Positions 9,502 to 19,226 of a DNA stretch of 60,769 nucleotides are shown in pieces. Within the stretch, counting starts at the first letter, position 1, and every line of letters starts with the position of its first letter. Location of the stretch: positions 1 through 60,769 of the IMG/VR virus record IMGVR_UViG_3300043427_002600. The stretch is one strand, 5' to 3'. The notes beneath the pieces are model-generated. The model had not been told where the DNA came from and made no database searches. It worked only from the letters and a program-made list of their open reading frames with translations. The DNA is from a virus. Taxonomy: Duplodnaviria; Caudoviricetes. The position numbers and the translations under genes were made by a program.

Positions 9502-10040
9502 GTGCTTGTGTCTATATTGTAGATAGTATACTTGAAAGTTACGTCTGCTGTAAAGTACTGAACGTCTGTTTGTGTAGCATCAAATTCAAGAGAAGACAAA
9601 TATATTGGAAATAAGTCTTTAAATTTGACTGTCGCATTTGTTTTAAAATTACTATCTAAAATATAAAGAGTTCCGTCACTAAACGCCTTTTTAGGATCTA
9701 GTGGTTGTGTGACATCATTTTCATCTGTTAAAAGATCTCTATATTGCTGAGTTGTCTCTGGAAAACCAAGACCTGTCAACCAGTTATGAACTGCCATATA
9801 ATTTTCCATATCTTCATCGACCATAAATCTTAAAGTTAAATCACCATACTGAAGTTTTCCCCCAGGAATGTCCAAGTCCTTAAGATAATTCGGTTGCTGA
9901 AGAACAGATAATGAAATTTCTGGAATTCTTGCGGAATTGCAGAAAAATGGGATCTTTGGTTCTTTTGCCAGAGTGAATTTAAATCCAACTGGTGAAAGAA
10001 AGTTTCGGTTTGTAATTTGATTTGGAAAATTGCAAGCCAT
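9498..10040 (-). CDS. g3: Tail tube terminator / tail completion gp3
   Basis: NFLSPVGFKF, FMVDEDMENY motifs; position between g23 and uvsY. Confidence 0.85.
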   Translation of the reverse strand: MACNFPNQITNRNFLSPVGFKFTLAKEPKIPFFCNSARIPEISLSVLQQPNYLKDLDIPGGKLQYGDLTLRFMVDEDMENYMAVHNWLTGLGFPETTQQYRDLLTDENDVTQPLDPKKAFSDGTLYILDSNFKTNATVKFKDLFPIYLSSLEFDATQTDVQYFTADVTFKYTIYNIDTST

Positions 10041-10045
10041 AATTT

Positions 10046-10270
10046 TTAATATTTTCCGTACATTAGACCTTTACTTTGTGTTACTGGAAATGTTGGTGAT
10101 GGAGTTGCAGTTGGATTCACTGGAACTAATGTGAATTTTCTATTAGGGGATGGTTTAGAACCTGGACCTATTTGACCAGACATCGCTTTATTTAAATTTT
10201 TTTGTGCTTCTGCATCCAATTGGATCGTATTTTTGGAAAGATCTTCTCGAAATTCCTGAAACGTTTTCAT
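10046..10270 (-). CDS. Putative internal head protein with capsid-targeting sequence (74 aa)
   Basis: True start MKTFQEFRE at 10270, after the g23 terminator and CTAAATA at 10282-10288. Confidence 0.65.
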   Translation of the reverse strand: MKTFQEFREDLSKNTIQLDAEAQKNLNKAMSGQIGPGSKPSPNRKFTLVPVNPTATPSPTFPVTQSKGLMYGKY

Positions 10271-10290
10271 CGTTTTATTTTTATTTAGAT

Positions 10291-10317
10291 AAAAAAAAGG
10301 GATCCCGAAGGATCCCC
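10291..10317 (-). terminator. g23 terminator with cUUCGg tetraloop
   Basis: GGGGATCC-TTCG-GGATCCC followed by T8. Confidence 0.9.
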
Positions 10318-10337
10318 ATAAGATATGTGAGAAAGAC

Positions 10338-11753
10338 TCACATAAGGTTTGCAACTTTAACTCTTCTGTAGTATACGTTTGAGTTAGTTGAGATATTATC
10401 TCCCGCTGATGCGACAGTACCACCCTTAGCAAATGGATTCGCAACGACTCCATAACGAGTCTTGAATCCGATTTTTGGTTGGAAGGTATCCTGACCAACA
10501 GCACGTACCATCTGGAGAGGTACATATGGGCAGTAGAAGAGTCCAGCGTCATAAGGTGAAGAACCCTTATAACCGACAACATAGAACTGATTTGCAGCAA
10601 CGTTTGCCGAATATGGGTCGATATAGACTCTATACTTACCTTGGAGAACACCAGCAAAAGTGTTTCCGGTATCATCAACGTTAAGGTTAGCGTTAAGAGC
10701 TGGGGTATAATCCAGAACTCCTGCCATCGTGAGTGCCGAAGCAACGTCAGCAGAGCAAAGGATCATATTACCCTTCCCTCTACGAGTTTGCTGAGCGATA
10801 GCGTTAGCGTCGCGTTCGATCTGGAAAATCAGACCTTTGAACTTCTCAACTGACCAACGACCGTTGGAGTCAACATCAAGGTCAAAAGTACCAGCGGTAG
10901 CAGTATTAACCTGAGCACCAGGAACTGCAACCTTATAAACTGTACGGATGATTTCTCTGTTGATTTCAGCGAGAATCTCTGTGCTAAGAATATTAGCAAG
11001 CTCAGCTTCTGCATTCAGACCGTGAATTGCCTTTAGGTCTTGTGCGAGTTCGAGCGAATACTCAGCTTTCAGTGCTCTTGACTTAGCAGTAACAGTAAGC
11101 TTTTCAATCGAGAATGCCATCTCGTTGAAAGCATTATTAGCCGCATCGTCTCCAAGTGCTTCAGCATTACCAGTGGTCATGCCTTCGCCAACGTTATAGG
11201 CATCATCGCCACTAACGTTATTTGCTTGGTTTGTTGGGCTGAGAACTGATGGATTGTTACCCTTTTGGTTAGTAGTACCTAAACCAACAGTTCCATCAAT
11301 GTAACCAGCAGTAAGATTGCTCGTATTGTTCTGACCCGAGAATGCCGAATCTACTTCATTGTAGAACGCTTCAGTGCCACTTTGATTGCGATAACGTGAA
11401 CGCATTGCAAAGATAAGTCCTGTAGGTCCGTTCATTGGTTGAACGCCACACAGATCATAAGCGATCAGATTAGGCATTGAACGTCTGATTAGTGAGATCA
11501 GAACGGGGTCGAAACCTGCGACTGGTGATCCAGTTGTGTTTGATGCACTTCCACCAAATCCACCGGTACCGGCAGAGTTGGTTGGGGAAGCTTCTGAAAG
11601 AAAAGAACGCTCTTCACGAAGCTCTCTTTCTTGGTTTTCTAGCAGGATAGCGGTTACAGATCTACGATGTGCATCTTTGATCGGATCCATTCCGGAATAA
11701 TCCAGAATTGGTGCCCACTTCTCCTGCAAATGTTCCGAATTGTACATTTGCAT
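10338..11753 (-). CDS. g23: Major capsid protein gp23
   Basis: GVQPMNGPTGLIFAM, SRALKAEYSLELAQDLKAIHGL, FQPKIGFKTRYG. Confidence 0.98.
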   Translation of the reverse strand: MQMYNSEHLQEKWAPILDYSGMDPIKDAHRRSVTAILLENQERELREERSFLSEASPTNSAGTGGFGGSASNTTGSPVAGFDPVLISLIRRSMPNLIAYDLCGVQPMNGPTGLIFAMRSRYRNQSGTEAFYNEVDSAFSGQNNTSNLTAGYIDGTVGLGTTNQKGNNPSVLSPTNQANNVSGDDAYNVGEGMTTGNAEALGDDAANNAFNEMAFSIEKLTVTAKSRALKAEYSLELAQDLKAIHGLNAEAELANILSTEILAEINREIIRTVYKVAVPGAQVNTATAGTFDLDVDSNGRWSVEKFKGLIFQIERDANAIAQQTRRGKGNMILCSADVASALTMAGVLDYTPALNANLNVDDTGNTFAGVLQGKYRVYIDPYSANVAANQFYVVGYKGSSPYDAGLFYCPYVPLQMVRAVGQDTFQPKIGFKTRYGVVANPFAKGGTVASAGDNISTNSNVYYRRVKVANLM

Positions 11754-11801
11754 TTGTTTTTACCTTTGTAAAAGTTTTAGTTTGACTTTATAATCTAAAA
11801 A

Positions 11802-12968
11802 TCAATTTTTAGCGACTCTACTGAGTGTTTGGAGATATGCTTCCATAATTGGTGATACGGATTGCCCGCCATCATAGGAAACATCTTCAGACAAGTTTTC
11901 AGTTTCATCTCTTTGAGTACCAGTATTTGTTGGGAAATACGATTCCCTCAGAGTTACCAGTTTCTCACGATAGTTTGCTTCACTATCAAACTCAACATTT
12001 TCGGCAAGAGAAGCGAGTTTGTCTTTCTGAGAAAGTGCAAGACCCTCAGTGACATCTGCAAAAATTACATCAGCAACTGACTCTGCTAATCTTCTATTCA
12101 GAGCAACGTTTCTTTCGATTTGCTCGTTGAGTTTTTCTTCCATTTCATCAAGTTTATCTACCATACTCTCGATTACATTATACTTATCTTCAGGGATTGT
12201 TACATAATGATCTTCAAAAAGACTCTTCATTCCTTGGAGGAATGATTCGGTCATTTCAGTCTTAAGACCGTGCTCAACTGCGAGTGCATTTTCTTGCATC
12301 CACTCGTCAGCAACATACTCAAGGTATGCATCGAGTCTTTCGGTAAGACCTTCTTTAATAGCAATAACTTCTTCTACCAGTGCTTCTTCATAAGCAACTT
12401 GAAGATCTTCTTTGATTTCAGCAACCTTCGAACGGATTGCTGCCTCAAAGATGGTTCGTGCTTTCTCTTGGAATTCTTCAGAAAGCTCTTCACCAGCAAG
12501 GAGAGCATTGACATCTTCTTCAATGTCAAACTCTTCCTTCATTTCATCTTCACAAGAGGTTTCTTTTTTACCTTTCTTACCTTTCTCTTTGGGTTCCATT
12601 TCTTCTGGACCACCCTCATGATACTTTTCGGTTACTTCCTCGTCACCTTCTTCTAGTTCATCCTCATCTTCGACGAGTTCCTCATCCTCATCTTCAACCT
12701 CTTCTTTAGCCATTGTTGGCATAGGTTCAGCAGATGCTGCCTTAGCATTGACAACATCTCTTACCTGAGCAAGAGTAGCGCCAGGAGTTTTTAGCATATT
12801 TGAATCGTCATCTGGACGACTATTCTGTGGAGTAGGACCTCCCAAATCTTCCCAAGCACCAGTTTGTCCTGGAGTAATAGATCCAGTACCAGTTTGCATT
12901 GGCTCGGCAGGTGCAGCCCCTTTGGTTACTACGTTTTCCATTTCTTGTAAATTTCTACCAACGGACAT
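11802..12968 (-). CDS. g22: Prohead core scaffold protein gp22
   Basis: Acidic coiled coil with LSEEFQEKARTIFEAA and YLEYVADEW; between g21 and g23. Confidence 0.93.
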   Translation of the reverse strand: MSVGRNLQEMENVVTKGAAPAEPMQTGTGSITPGQTGAWEDLGGPTPQNSRPDDDSNMLKTPGATLAQVRDVVNAKAASAEPMPTMAKEEVEDEDEELVEDEDELEEGDEEVTEKYHEGGPEEMEPKEKGKKGKKETSCEDEMKEEFDIEEDVNALLAGEELSEEFQEKARTIFEAAIRSKVAEIKEDLQVAYEEALVEEVIAIKEGLTERLDAYLEYVADEWMQENALAVEHGLKTEMTESFLQGMKSLFEDHYVTIPEDKYNVIESMVDKLDEMEEKLNEQIERNVALNRRLAESVADVIFADVTEGLALSQKDKLASLAENVEFDSEANYREKLVTLRESYFPTNTGTQRDETENLSEDVSYDGGQSVSPIMEAYLQTLSRVAKN

Positions 12969-12996
12969 TTGTTTTGATTTTGTTATAATCTATATT

Positions 12997-13004
12997 TATT
13001 TATA
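12997..13004 (-). promoter_or_regulatory. Late promoter TATAAATA
   Basis: Exact T4 late consensus upstream of g22. Confidence 0.8.
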
Positions 13005-13006
13005 AA

Positions 13007-13657
13007 TTAAAGATTTGCTAAGAAATCTTGGAACAATTGAACTTTATGTTCTTGAAGAGTTTTTTCATCAACTAAAGTATTTATTCTACGCTTAGCTGAT
13101 TCTGCGAGTTTTTCACGAAGGATTCCTCCCTCCCAAACCCACTCCTTTCCTTCCATAATTCCAGAAACAAAAGCATCAGGTGCTGAAGGATCGGCAACGA
13201 TATCTGCAGCAGTTGCAAGCATAAAATCTTCACCAACAATTTTATGACCTTCATTGGTTGTCTGAAGTGATCCAACACCACGAGAAGAAACACCGAGGCA
13301 AACACCAGAATCTAAAAGAGATTGGGCAATCTTACCCATAGGAGTTTCGAGAAGTTGTGCCTTACCTCTAAAATTGCTTCCATCTTGTTCGAGAGAAACA
13401 ATCTTGTGAGAAACACGATCCAGATTTACAGTTGGACCATCTGGATGTCCAAGTTCCCCAAGAGCACGACCTTTGTTAATAAAGGCTTCAGTGTATCTCT
13501 TTACCTCACGGGAAAGAGTTTGCATTGGATACATTCTTCCATTACGATTACAAATATCACCTTGAAGGAAAATACCCTCAATAAACATACACTTTTTACC
13601 ATTTACCTTTTCGGTAATAAATTCGACTTGTGAGACTTCTTCTGTGATGAGTTTCAT
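13007..13657 (-). CDS. g21: Prohead protease gp21
   Basis: NRNGRMYP, GELGHP, GVSSRGVGS, DIVADPSAPDA. Confidence 0.95.
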   Translation of the reverse strand: MKLITEEVSQVEFITEKVNGKKCMFIEGIFLQGDICNRNGRMYPMQTLSREVKRYTEAFINKGRALGELGHPDGPTVNLDRVSHKIVSLEQDGSNFRGKAQLLETPMGKIAQSLLDSGVCLGVSSRGVGSLQTTNEGHKIVGEDFMLATAADIVADPSAPDAFVSGIMEGKEWVWEGGILREKLAESAKRRINTLVDEKTLQEHKVQLFQDFLANL

Positions 13658-13661
13658 TTTT

Positions 13662-14189
13662 TTATTCGGAAACTAGTTGGACTATTTCTGCGATGCTTAC
13701 ATTTGTTCCTGCACTATCTGCAAGTGCTGCTACTTTTACACTTCTAGAAACAGTTGAATTGGTAACTGTTATTATACCAACTATCGATGAAGTGTTAGCA
13801 GCAATTGTAATAGAAGAATCTGTCAATGCTGTGATTTCCCTATGTACTGTATTAATGCCAGATGGTTCCGCACCCTCAATAGTTACATAGTCACCGACAA
13901 TAAATGGATTTCCTGCGTTTTCTAAAAATGTAACGACTGTTGTTGCTCCAGTCGTAATACCAGCAATTTTTTGTTTTGCAATCCTTTCTTTCAAAACTTC
14001 CGTTCCATATGGTGGGATATGAAAAGAATTGGTTGTTACAACTGGATTTGCACCAGTTTCTACATAAATCGCAGTTAAACCAGTAGAAACTCTGATATAT
14101 CCTGCCTTTAATGCAATAGGATTACTAGTTGCAGCTGTAGAAACTGTTGGCGAAATTCTATTTACGTTTTGAACTATTTTTACAGCCAT
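13662..14189 (-). CDS. Hypothetical beta-rich structural protein
   Basis: 175 aa, T/V/G-rich, translationally coupled within the head operon. Confidence 0.7.
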   Translation of the reverse strand: MAVKIVQNVNRISPTVSTAATSNPIALKAGYIRVSTGLTAIYVETGANPVVTTNSFHIPPYGTEVLKERIAKQKIAGITTGATTVVTFLENAGNPFIVGDYVTIEGAEPSGINTVHREITALTDSSITIAANTSSIVGIITVTNSTVSRSVKVAALADSAGTNVSIAEIVQLVSE

Positions 14190-14362
14190 TATTCAGCATC
14201 CTCATTTTCTTCTACTTGCTCATCACCAAACATTACTGAAGCAATTTCTGGTCGAGCAGCATCTACTCGATCAGCAGCTTTTGCATATAACAATTCTTTA
14301 ATCTTGTTGGAAACGTCCGAGGGTGTTCCATCAGTTGCAATCAAATCGATAAGTTCTTCCAT
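14189..14362 (-). CDS. Small acidic prohead core protein (gp67-like, 57 aa)
   Basis: Manual translation MEELIDLIATDGTPSDVSNKIKELLYAKAADRVDAARPEIASVMFGDEQVEENEDAE; directly downstream of g20. Confidence 0.75.
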   Translation of the reverse strand: MEELIDLIATDGTPSDVSNKIKELLYAKAADRVDAARPEIASVMFGDEQVEENEDAE

Positions 14363-14387
14363 AAAAATAAGTTTATATTTATAAGAT

Positions 14388-14395
14388 TATTTATA
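14388..14395 (-). promoter_or_regulatory. Late promoter TATAAATA
   Basis: Exact consensus overlapping the g20 stop. Confidence 0.75.
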
Positions 14396-16100
14396 TTTTC
14401 CCACCTTTAGGTTCTGTGGGAATCTCGGGTGCTGCTGGTGCTGGTTGTTCCATTGGAACTTCCCCCATAGATGCTTGATTTTCAACTTCACCTTCTGGGG
14501 GCATTCCTTCTTGTGGAATCGGATTACCCATTTCATCTACAGGTGCATTTGGATCAGGTAAAATACCTTTTTCAATTTCATCATCAATCTGTGCATCAAT
14601 TTCAATAATTTCCGAATCTGTTTGACGAAGAATCTTTTTGCGAACATATTCTGTTGAGAAATATTTGCCAAGATATGGTTCAATCTGTACCATTAATCCA
14701 AGTCTATTTGTCAATAGTTCTGCTTCCTTAAGTTCAGCAAAGTGATTATCATAAAGAAAATCATATTGAATATGATCTTCCATTTTTTCCCAATCTTCTG
14801 GAGTGACAATATTTTTCAGAAGAAGTTGAGTACGAAGAATATCATTAAACATTCTTGCGAATCTTTTTCTGAGACGACCTACGAACTTAGAAAACTTAAG
14901 TTCATCCCTTAGAATCTCCGAAGAACGACCGAGATTGAATCCATCTCCACCACCAGCAATTCTTGATTCGGGAACTCCGAGTGCCCTATAAAGTTTCTTT
15001 TGAAAATATTCAATATCAGAAAGTTCCCCAAGATTTTGACCGCCAGGAAGAGTTGTGATTTCAGTTCCTCTACCACCTTCTCTACGAGGTAACCAAAAAT
15101 CCTCCATCATAGACATAAATTTACGATCATCTCTTACTTCTCCAGTATTCGCATCATAAACAAGTTTATTGCGATAGCGAGACATAACCTCTTTAAGGTA
15201 TTGCTCTGCCTTTACCTTAGGAAGGTTTCCAACATCAATATAGAAAATACGACGTTCTGGTGCTCTGGATAGTCTATAGATTACAAGGCTATCCTCAATC
15301 ATACGAAGTTGATTGAGAGCTTTAATTGCTTTGTGGAGATATGAAAGAACTGTTCCCTTATTTCTATCTACAAGACCTGAAGTGCAGTATGTAATCGCAT
15401 CCTTTGCAATTTTAAGAGATCCTTTAGATGCTCCTCCACTCAAACCTCCCATAGATCCCATAGGATAATTGGGAGTTGGAGAGTAGATAAAATATTCTTC
15501 TACATCAGAATAACTTAGTTCGGAGTTGGTTAAATTTGCATTTGCAGTTAATCTGCTTACAACAGGATCACCATTTTTTCCTTTTGTTTTGACCTCTTGA
15601 CGAACGTGCTTCATCTTCATTGGATCAATATACCTCAGTTCTTTAATTCCCTCCTGAGGTTTTTTCATATCAATGACTTTAAGATAATAAAGTCTCCCAT
15701 CCACATACCAATTTCTAAAAATTTCGTGACACTTTCTATCAAAGTCCATCATTTCTTTGATCGACTTAAATTCGTTTCTGATTATTTCTTTTAATTTATC
15801 ACTTGCATTTAAATTTGATAATTCAATTTCCACGGGAGAATCATATAAGTCACTTACAAGTGCCTCATTTACAACATCCTCAATCGCCCCATCACATTCT
15901 GGGTGTAGCGCCATTTCTCTATAGCGGCGCATTAAGTCAAATTCGGTTCTATAGACACCCTCAATATCTACATATTGACCATAAAACCCAGATTGGACAA
16001 AATAATCAACCCCGTCCTCATCTGTCTGGGGAACGGGGGAGACTATAGATTTGGATTTCTCTTCTGCATCCTCAATCGAAAAACCAAAAAGTTTCGCCAT
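14391..16100 (-). CDS. g20: Portal vertex protein gp20
   Basis: YRLSRAPERRIFYIDVGNLPK, EDFWLPRREGGRGTEITTLPGG. Confidence 0.98.
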   Translation of the reverse strand: MAKLFGFSIEDAEEKSKSIVSPVPQTDEDGVDYFVQSGFYGQYVDIEGVYRTEFDLMRRYREMALHPECDGAIEDVVNEALVSDLYDSPVEIELSNLNASDKLKEIIRNEFKSIKEMMDFDRKCHEIFRNWYVDGRLYYLKVIDMKKPQEGIKELRYIDPMKMKHVRQEVKTKGKNGDPVVSRLTANANLTNSELSYSDVEEYFIYSPTPNYPMGSMGGLSGGASKGSLKIAKDAITYCTSGLVDRNKGTVLSYLHKAIKALNQLRMIEDSLVIYRLSRAPERRIFYIDVGNLPKVKAEQYLKEVMSRYRNKLVYDANTGEVRDDRKFMSMMEDFWLPRREGGRGTEITTLPGGQNLGELSDIEYFQKKLYRALGVPESRIAGGGDGFNLGRSSEILRDELKFSKFVGRLRKRFARMFNDILRTQLLLKNIVTPEDWEKMEDHIQYDFLYDNHFAELKEAELLTNRLGLMVQIEPYLGKYFSTEYVRKKILRQTDSEIIEIDAQIDDEIEKGILPDPNAPVDEMGNPIPQEGMPPEGEVENQASMGEVPMEQPAPAAPEIPTEPKGGKI

Positions 16101-16131
16101 TTTATAAATTTAAACTGTTGTTATCTACTAT

Positions 16132-16722
16132 TTAGTTAATATCCTCACCACCAGCTGCTGGTGAAGTACCTTTGATTGCTTCCCACCAATGAACTTGCAT
16201 TTCTACAGTAAATTCTTCAATATTATCATTGTCATATCCTAAATTAATAGAACTGATTGCAGTTGGGAAAGTATCATAGAAATGATACGCTCTCAGAATA
16301 CTTCCATCACGATTTAACTGATAGACAAAAGCATCTGCTTGATAAAGTGCTGGATCAGTCGTTCCAGTATTATCGGAAAGACGATTCATATAGTTACTCC
16401 ACTTTTCAAAAGCTGATCGAATTGAAAAATCAGTATCATTGAGGATTGTAATTGTCCAAGATTCGAAGGATCTATCTCCAGCAACTTTCAGAGTTCTTCC
16501 TCTAAAAGCAACTTCCAATTGAGTTACATTTGATGCTGGAAGTGCTGCAGTTTTGACAAGAAATCTAGTCTTATCCAATGTTACTGCATCAACGCCAATT
16601 GCTGCTGGGAATGAAAGTTCAACTTCAAAGAGGTTAGATCTGGTGCCGCCACCCGACAATTTACTCTTGAAGTCTGTAATTTTCCTTAAAGGAATTGTAT
16701 TGAGTTGGGTTCTGGTTGCCAT
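16132..16722 (-). CDS. g19: Tail tube protein gp19
   Basis: RSNLFEV, FRGRTLKVAGDRSFESWTITILND. Confidence 0.95.
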   Translation of the reverse strand: MATRTQLNTIPLRKITDFKSKLSGGGTRSNLFEVELSFPAAIGVDAVTLDKTRFLVKTAALPASNVTQLEVAFRGRTLKVAGDRSFESWTITILNDTDFSIRSAFEKWSNYMNRLSDNTGTTDPALYQADAFVYQLNRDGSILRAYHFYDTFPTAISSINLGYDNDNIEEFTVEMQVHWWEAIKGTSPAAGGEDIN

Positions 16723-16744
16723 TTTTTTAAAACCTCTGAGTTAA

Positions 16745-18901
16745 TTAAAAGTTTCCAATTACTTCTTCAAAATCAACACCAGTCTTGGTGGCAATAAAGT
16801 TCAAACCAATAAAGTTAATTGATCTTGCTGGTTTGATGTAAATATCAGCAACGAATTCATTATTATCAATGACTGCAGCAGTATTATTAGTTTCATCACA
16901 AACAACGACATAATCAAAAATTCCCCTCTTCGCCTGAACATCACGGAGGAATGGTTCAATCGTATTTACAAAATTTGTTCTTGTAATTTCATCATTGAAT
17001 TCGAAGAGAGCATCTTTTGCTGCTTGTGAAATCGCATCTTCAAGATATATGAAGAGGCGGCGAACATTAACACGATCAAAAGAAGATGCTTTCGCAAGAC
17101 CAGTTCTATCACCAAATAGAACAATTCCTGCCCCTGGTGAGAAGATTACTGGATTAACTCTATTTGTATAAAGTCTATCTCTTTGCGATTTTGAAGGATT
17201 GTATGCAAGTTTAACTGCATTGAGAATTGCTCCCCTAGTTGTTCCTGCTGGCGAATACCACGGGAAATTGTTAATGTCATTTCTTGCACAAAGTCCAGCA
17301 ATATCACCGTTTAGTGGAATATATCTAAATGTATCCGAGAATCTATCGTACATATACTTATATCCACTGTCAAATATTGCATAAGATGAGGATGCAATTG
17401 GAGCATAAAATGTTAATACATTATTAGTAATGTCTTCTGCAGATCTAACATTTACTTCAGTTTGAACTGCAGTATCGGTTAATGCAGCACCTCTGTATGG
17501 GGAAATAAGTGCGATAGCGTCTTTTCTCAATTCAGCAACGGAAATGAGTTTGTTTGCTAAAGATTGGGCAGTGGTGATATCATATGCAGCAGATCCCATC
17601 AGTAAGAAATCTACTTTAAAGTTTTCGGTATTTTCAAATAAATCATATCCATCGGAAAGTTCTCCTAAAGATGCTGTTAAAGATCCAGATGCTGTAATTG
17701 TAGAAATTCCCGAATAATCTTTTCCGCGACTTAAAGAATCTGTTGAAGATCCGTAAGCTCCAAATGTAATTCCATCAGCATCTTGATCCCAACCAGTATC
17801 AGTTTCTAAAGTGAATCCAGAACTATATCCAGTTGTTACAATACCTGTTGGAGCTCCAAGTCCAAAAATGTAACTTGAATTATTTACAAGATATTTTCTC
17901 CAATAAGATGGATTACCAACAGAAAATTCGGCATCTTTTGCTTTAGAAAGATTAAGATGCTTTTCTAAAATAGTTCCTGCATTTCCGGTGATCGATCCCA
18001 ATCCATCAATTACAACTACATGAACTTCATCAAATCTAGAATTTCTCGCGCTGGCATAAGCAGAAGTTCCTGGTCTTGGTGCAAGATTATTCCAATTAAT
18101 TGAGGTTGAGGTGGTTAATCCAACTGTTTGTTGATCAAACCAATCAAGTCTTGATATGTAAGTTGTAGATGCATAGGAAATTGCCTGTCCGTTTGTATGA
18201 ATTGCAACTGAACCTGTGGTTGAAAAGGCGTATATTCCAGAAGATTGATAATCCACTTCAGTTTCTGTATTAGCTGCAGATACATGACTTAAAACCTTAA
18301 CTTCAATTCTACTAGCACCAATACCCGTGATTATTCCCTTCAAATGTCCATCTAAAGTAGTTGTGGTTCCGGAACCAGGTAAAACTGAAGAAATTGCTTG
18401 AGTTACACCATAACCAACTAAAATATTAGTTGTATTAATTCCAGTTAAAATTTGATCTGCTTTAGAATCAATAATTGCAACTCTAACTCCATTAGACCAA
18501 GAACCAGGATTTCTTGCTGCTACTACAACACCAGTAAGAGTATTCTCATCATAACCCAAAGCATCATAATGCTCTAGACTATCAATTTTAACGCTTGATG
18601 CAGTACCAATAAAACCATTTCTTAAGTCACTATCATTTGCCCTTATAACTCTTAATGATCCACCATATGCAAGATAAGAAGAAGCAGTTAGCCAATGCTC
18701 ATAGTGCTTATCTGTAGAATATGGTTGTCCGAAATTGTTAAGTAAATCATTTTCATTTTCAACTAACGTTGGAACATCAATAGGACCCTTAGCAAAGGGT
18801 GCTACTATAGCACCAGTTTTATTCGATGATGGTGTAGTTCTTCCAGTGGTTAAATCAATTTCCCTAACTACAATTCCAGGAGATGCTAAATTTAGCGGCA
18901 T
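16745..18901 (-). CDS. g18: Tail sheath protein gp18
   Basis: SPGIVVREID, PWYSPAG, FDRVNVRRLF, IKPARSINFI. Confidence 0.97.
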   Translation of the reverse strand: MPLNLASPGIVVREIDLTTGRTTPSSNKTGAIVAPFAKGPIDVPTLVENENDLLNNFGQPYSTDKHYEHWLTASSYLAYGGSLRVIRANDSDLRNGFIGTASSVKIDSLEHYDALGYDENTLTGVVVAARNPGSWSNGVRVAIIDSKADQILTGINTTNILVGYGVTQAISSVLPGSGTTTTLDGHLKGIITGIGASRIEVKVLSHVSAANTETEVDYQSSGIYAFSTTGSVAIHTNGQAISYASTTYISRLDWFDQQTVGLTTSTSINWNNLAPRPGTSAYASARNSRFDEVHVVVIDGLGSITGNAGTILEKHLNLSKAKDAEFSVGNPSYWRKYLVNNSSYIFGLGAPTGIVTTGYSSGFTLETDTGWDQDADGITFGAYGSSTDSLSRGKDYSGISTITASGSLTASLGELSDGYDLFENTENFKVDFLLMGSAAYDITTAQSLANKLISVAELRKDAIALISPYRGAALTDTAVQTEVNVRSAEDITNNVLTFYAPIASSSYAIFDSGYKYMYDRFSDTFRYIPLNGDIAGLCARNDINNFPWYSPAGTTRGAILNAVKLAYNPSKSQRDRLYTNRVNPVIFSPGAGIVLFGDRTGLAKASSFDRVNVRRLFIYLEDAISQAAKDALFEFNDEITRTNFVNTIEPFLRDVQAKRGIFDYVVVCDETNNTAAVIDNNEFVADIYIKPARSINFIGLNFIATKTGVDFEEVIGNF

Positions 18902-18936
18902 CTTTATTCTCCGTGATATCCAGAATTATCTAGAAA

Positions 18937-18944
18937 TATTTATT
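18937..18944 (-). promoter_or_regulatory. Late promoter (AATAAATA)
   Basis: Upstream of g18. Confidence 0.6.
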
Positions 18945-18983
18945 AAAATACTTATCTTAAACGGGGAAACGCTGCATGAATAT

Positions 18984-19226
18984 CTACCAATCAGGATAAT
19001 ACCAATCTGTACAATATCGTTTGGATTTTTTAGACTCTTTGATTCTTTTTATAGTACATTCTCTACACTCATATGAATACGATGATATTAGAGTATTATT
19101 CTTTCTTGTCTTATAAAATCCATCTATTAAATTTTTTTTAATTCCACAAACTCTACATTTTCTTTCTGTAAAAAGCAAGTGTTCTACTTCAAACTGTTCC
19201 CCCAAATCCATTAATGATATTCCCAC
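18984..19226 (-). CDS. Small zinc-finger hypothetical protein
   Basis: CRVC...CREC; follows g17; true start may be MDLGEQF at 19211. Confidence 0.65.
   Translation of the reverse strand: MGISLMDLGEQFEVEHLLFTERKCRVCGIKKNLIDGFYKTRKNNTLISSYSYECRECTIKRIKESKKSKRYCTDWYYPDW

Noticed and set aside
10271-10744. 232-aa ORF 10046..10744
   Set aside because: The upstream part overlaps g23 out of frame and crosses its terminator; only the MKTFQEF-initiated 74 codons are credible
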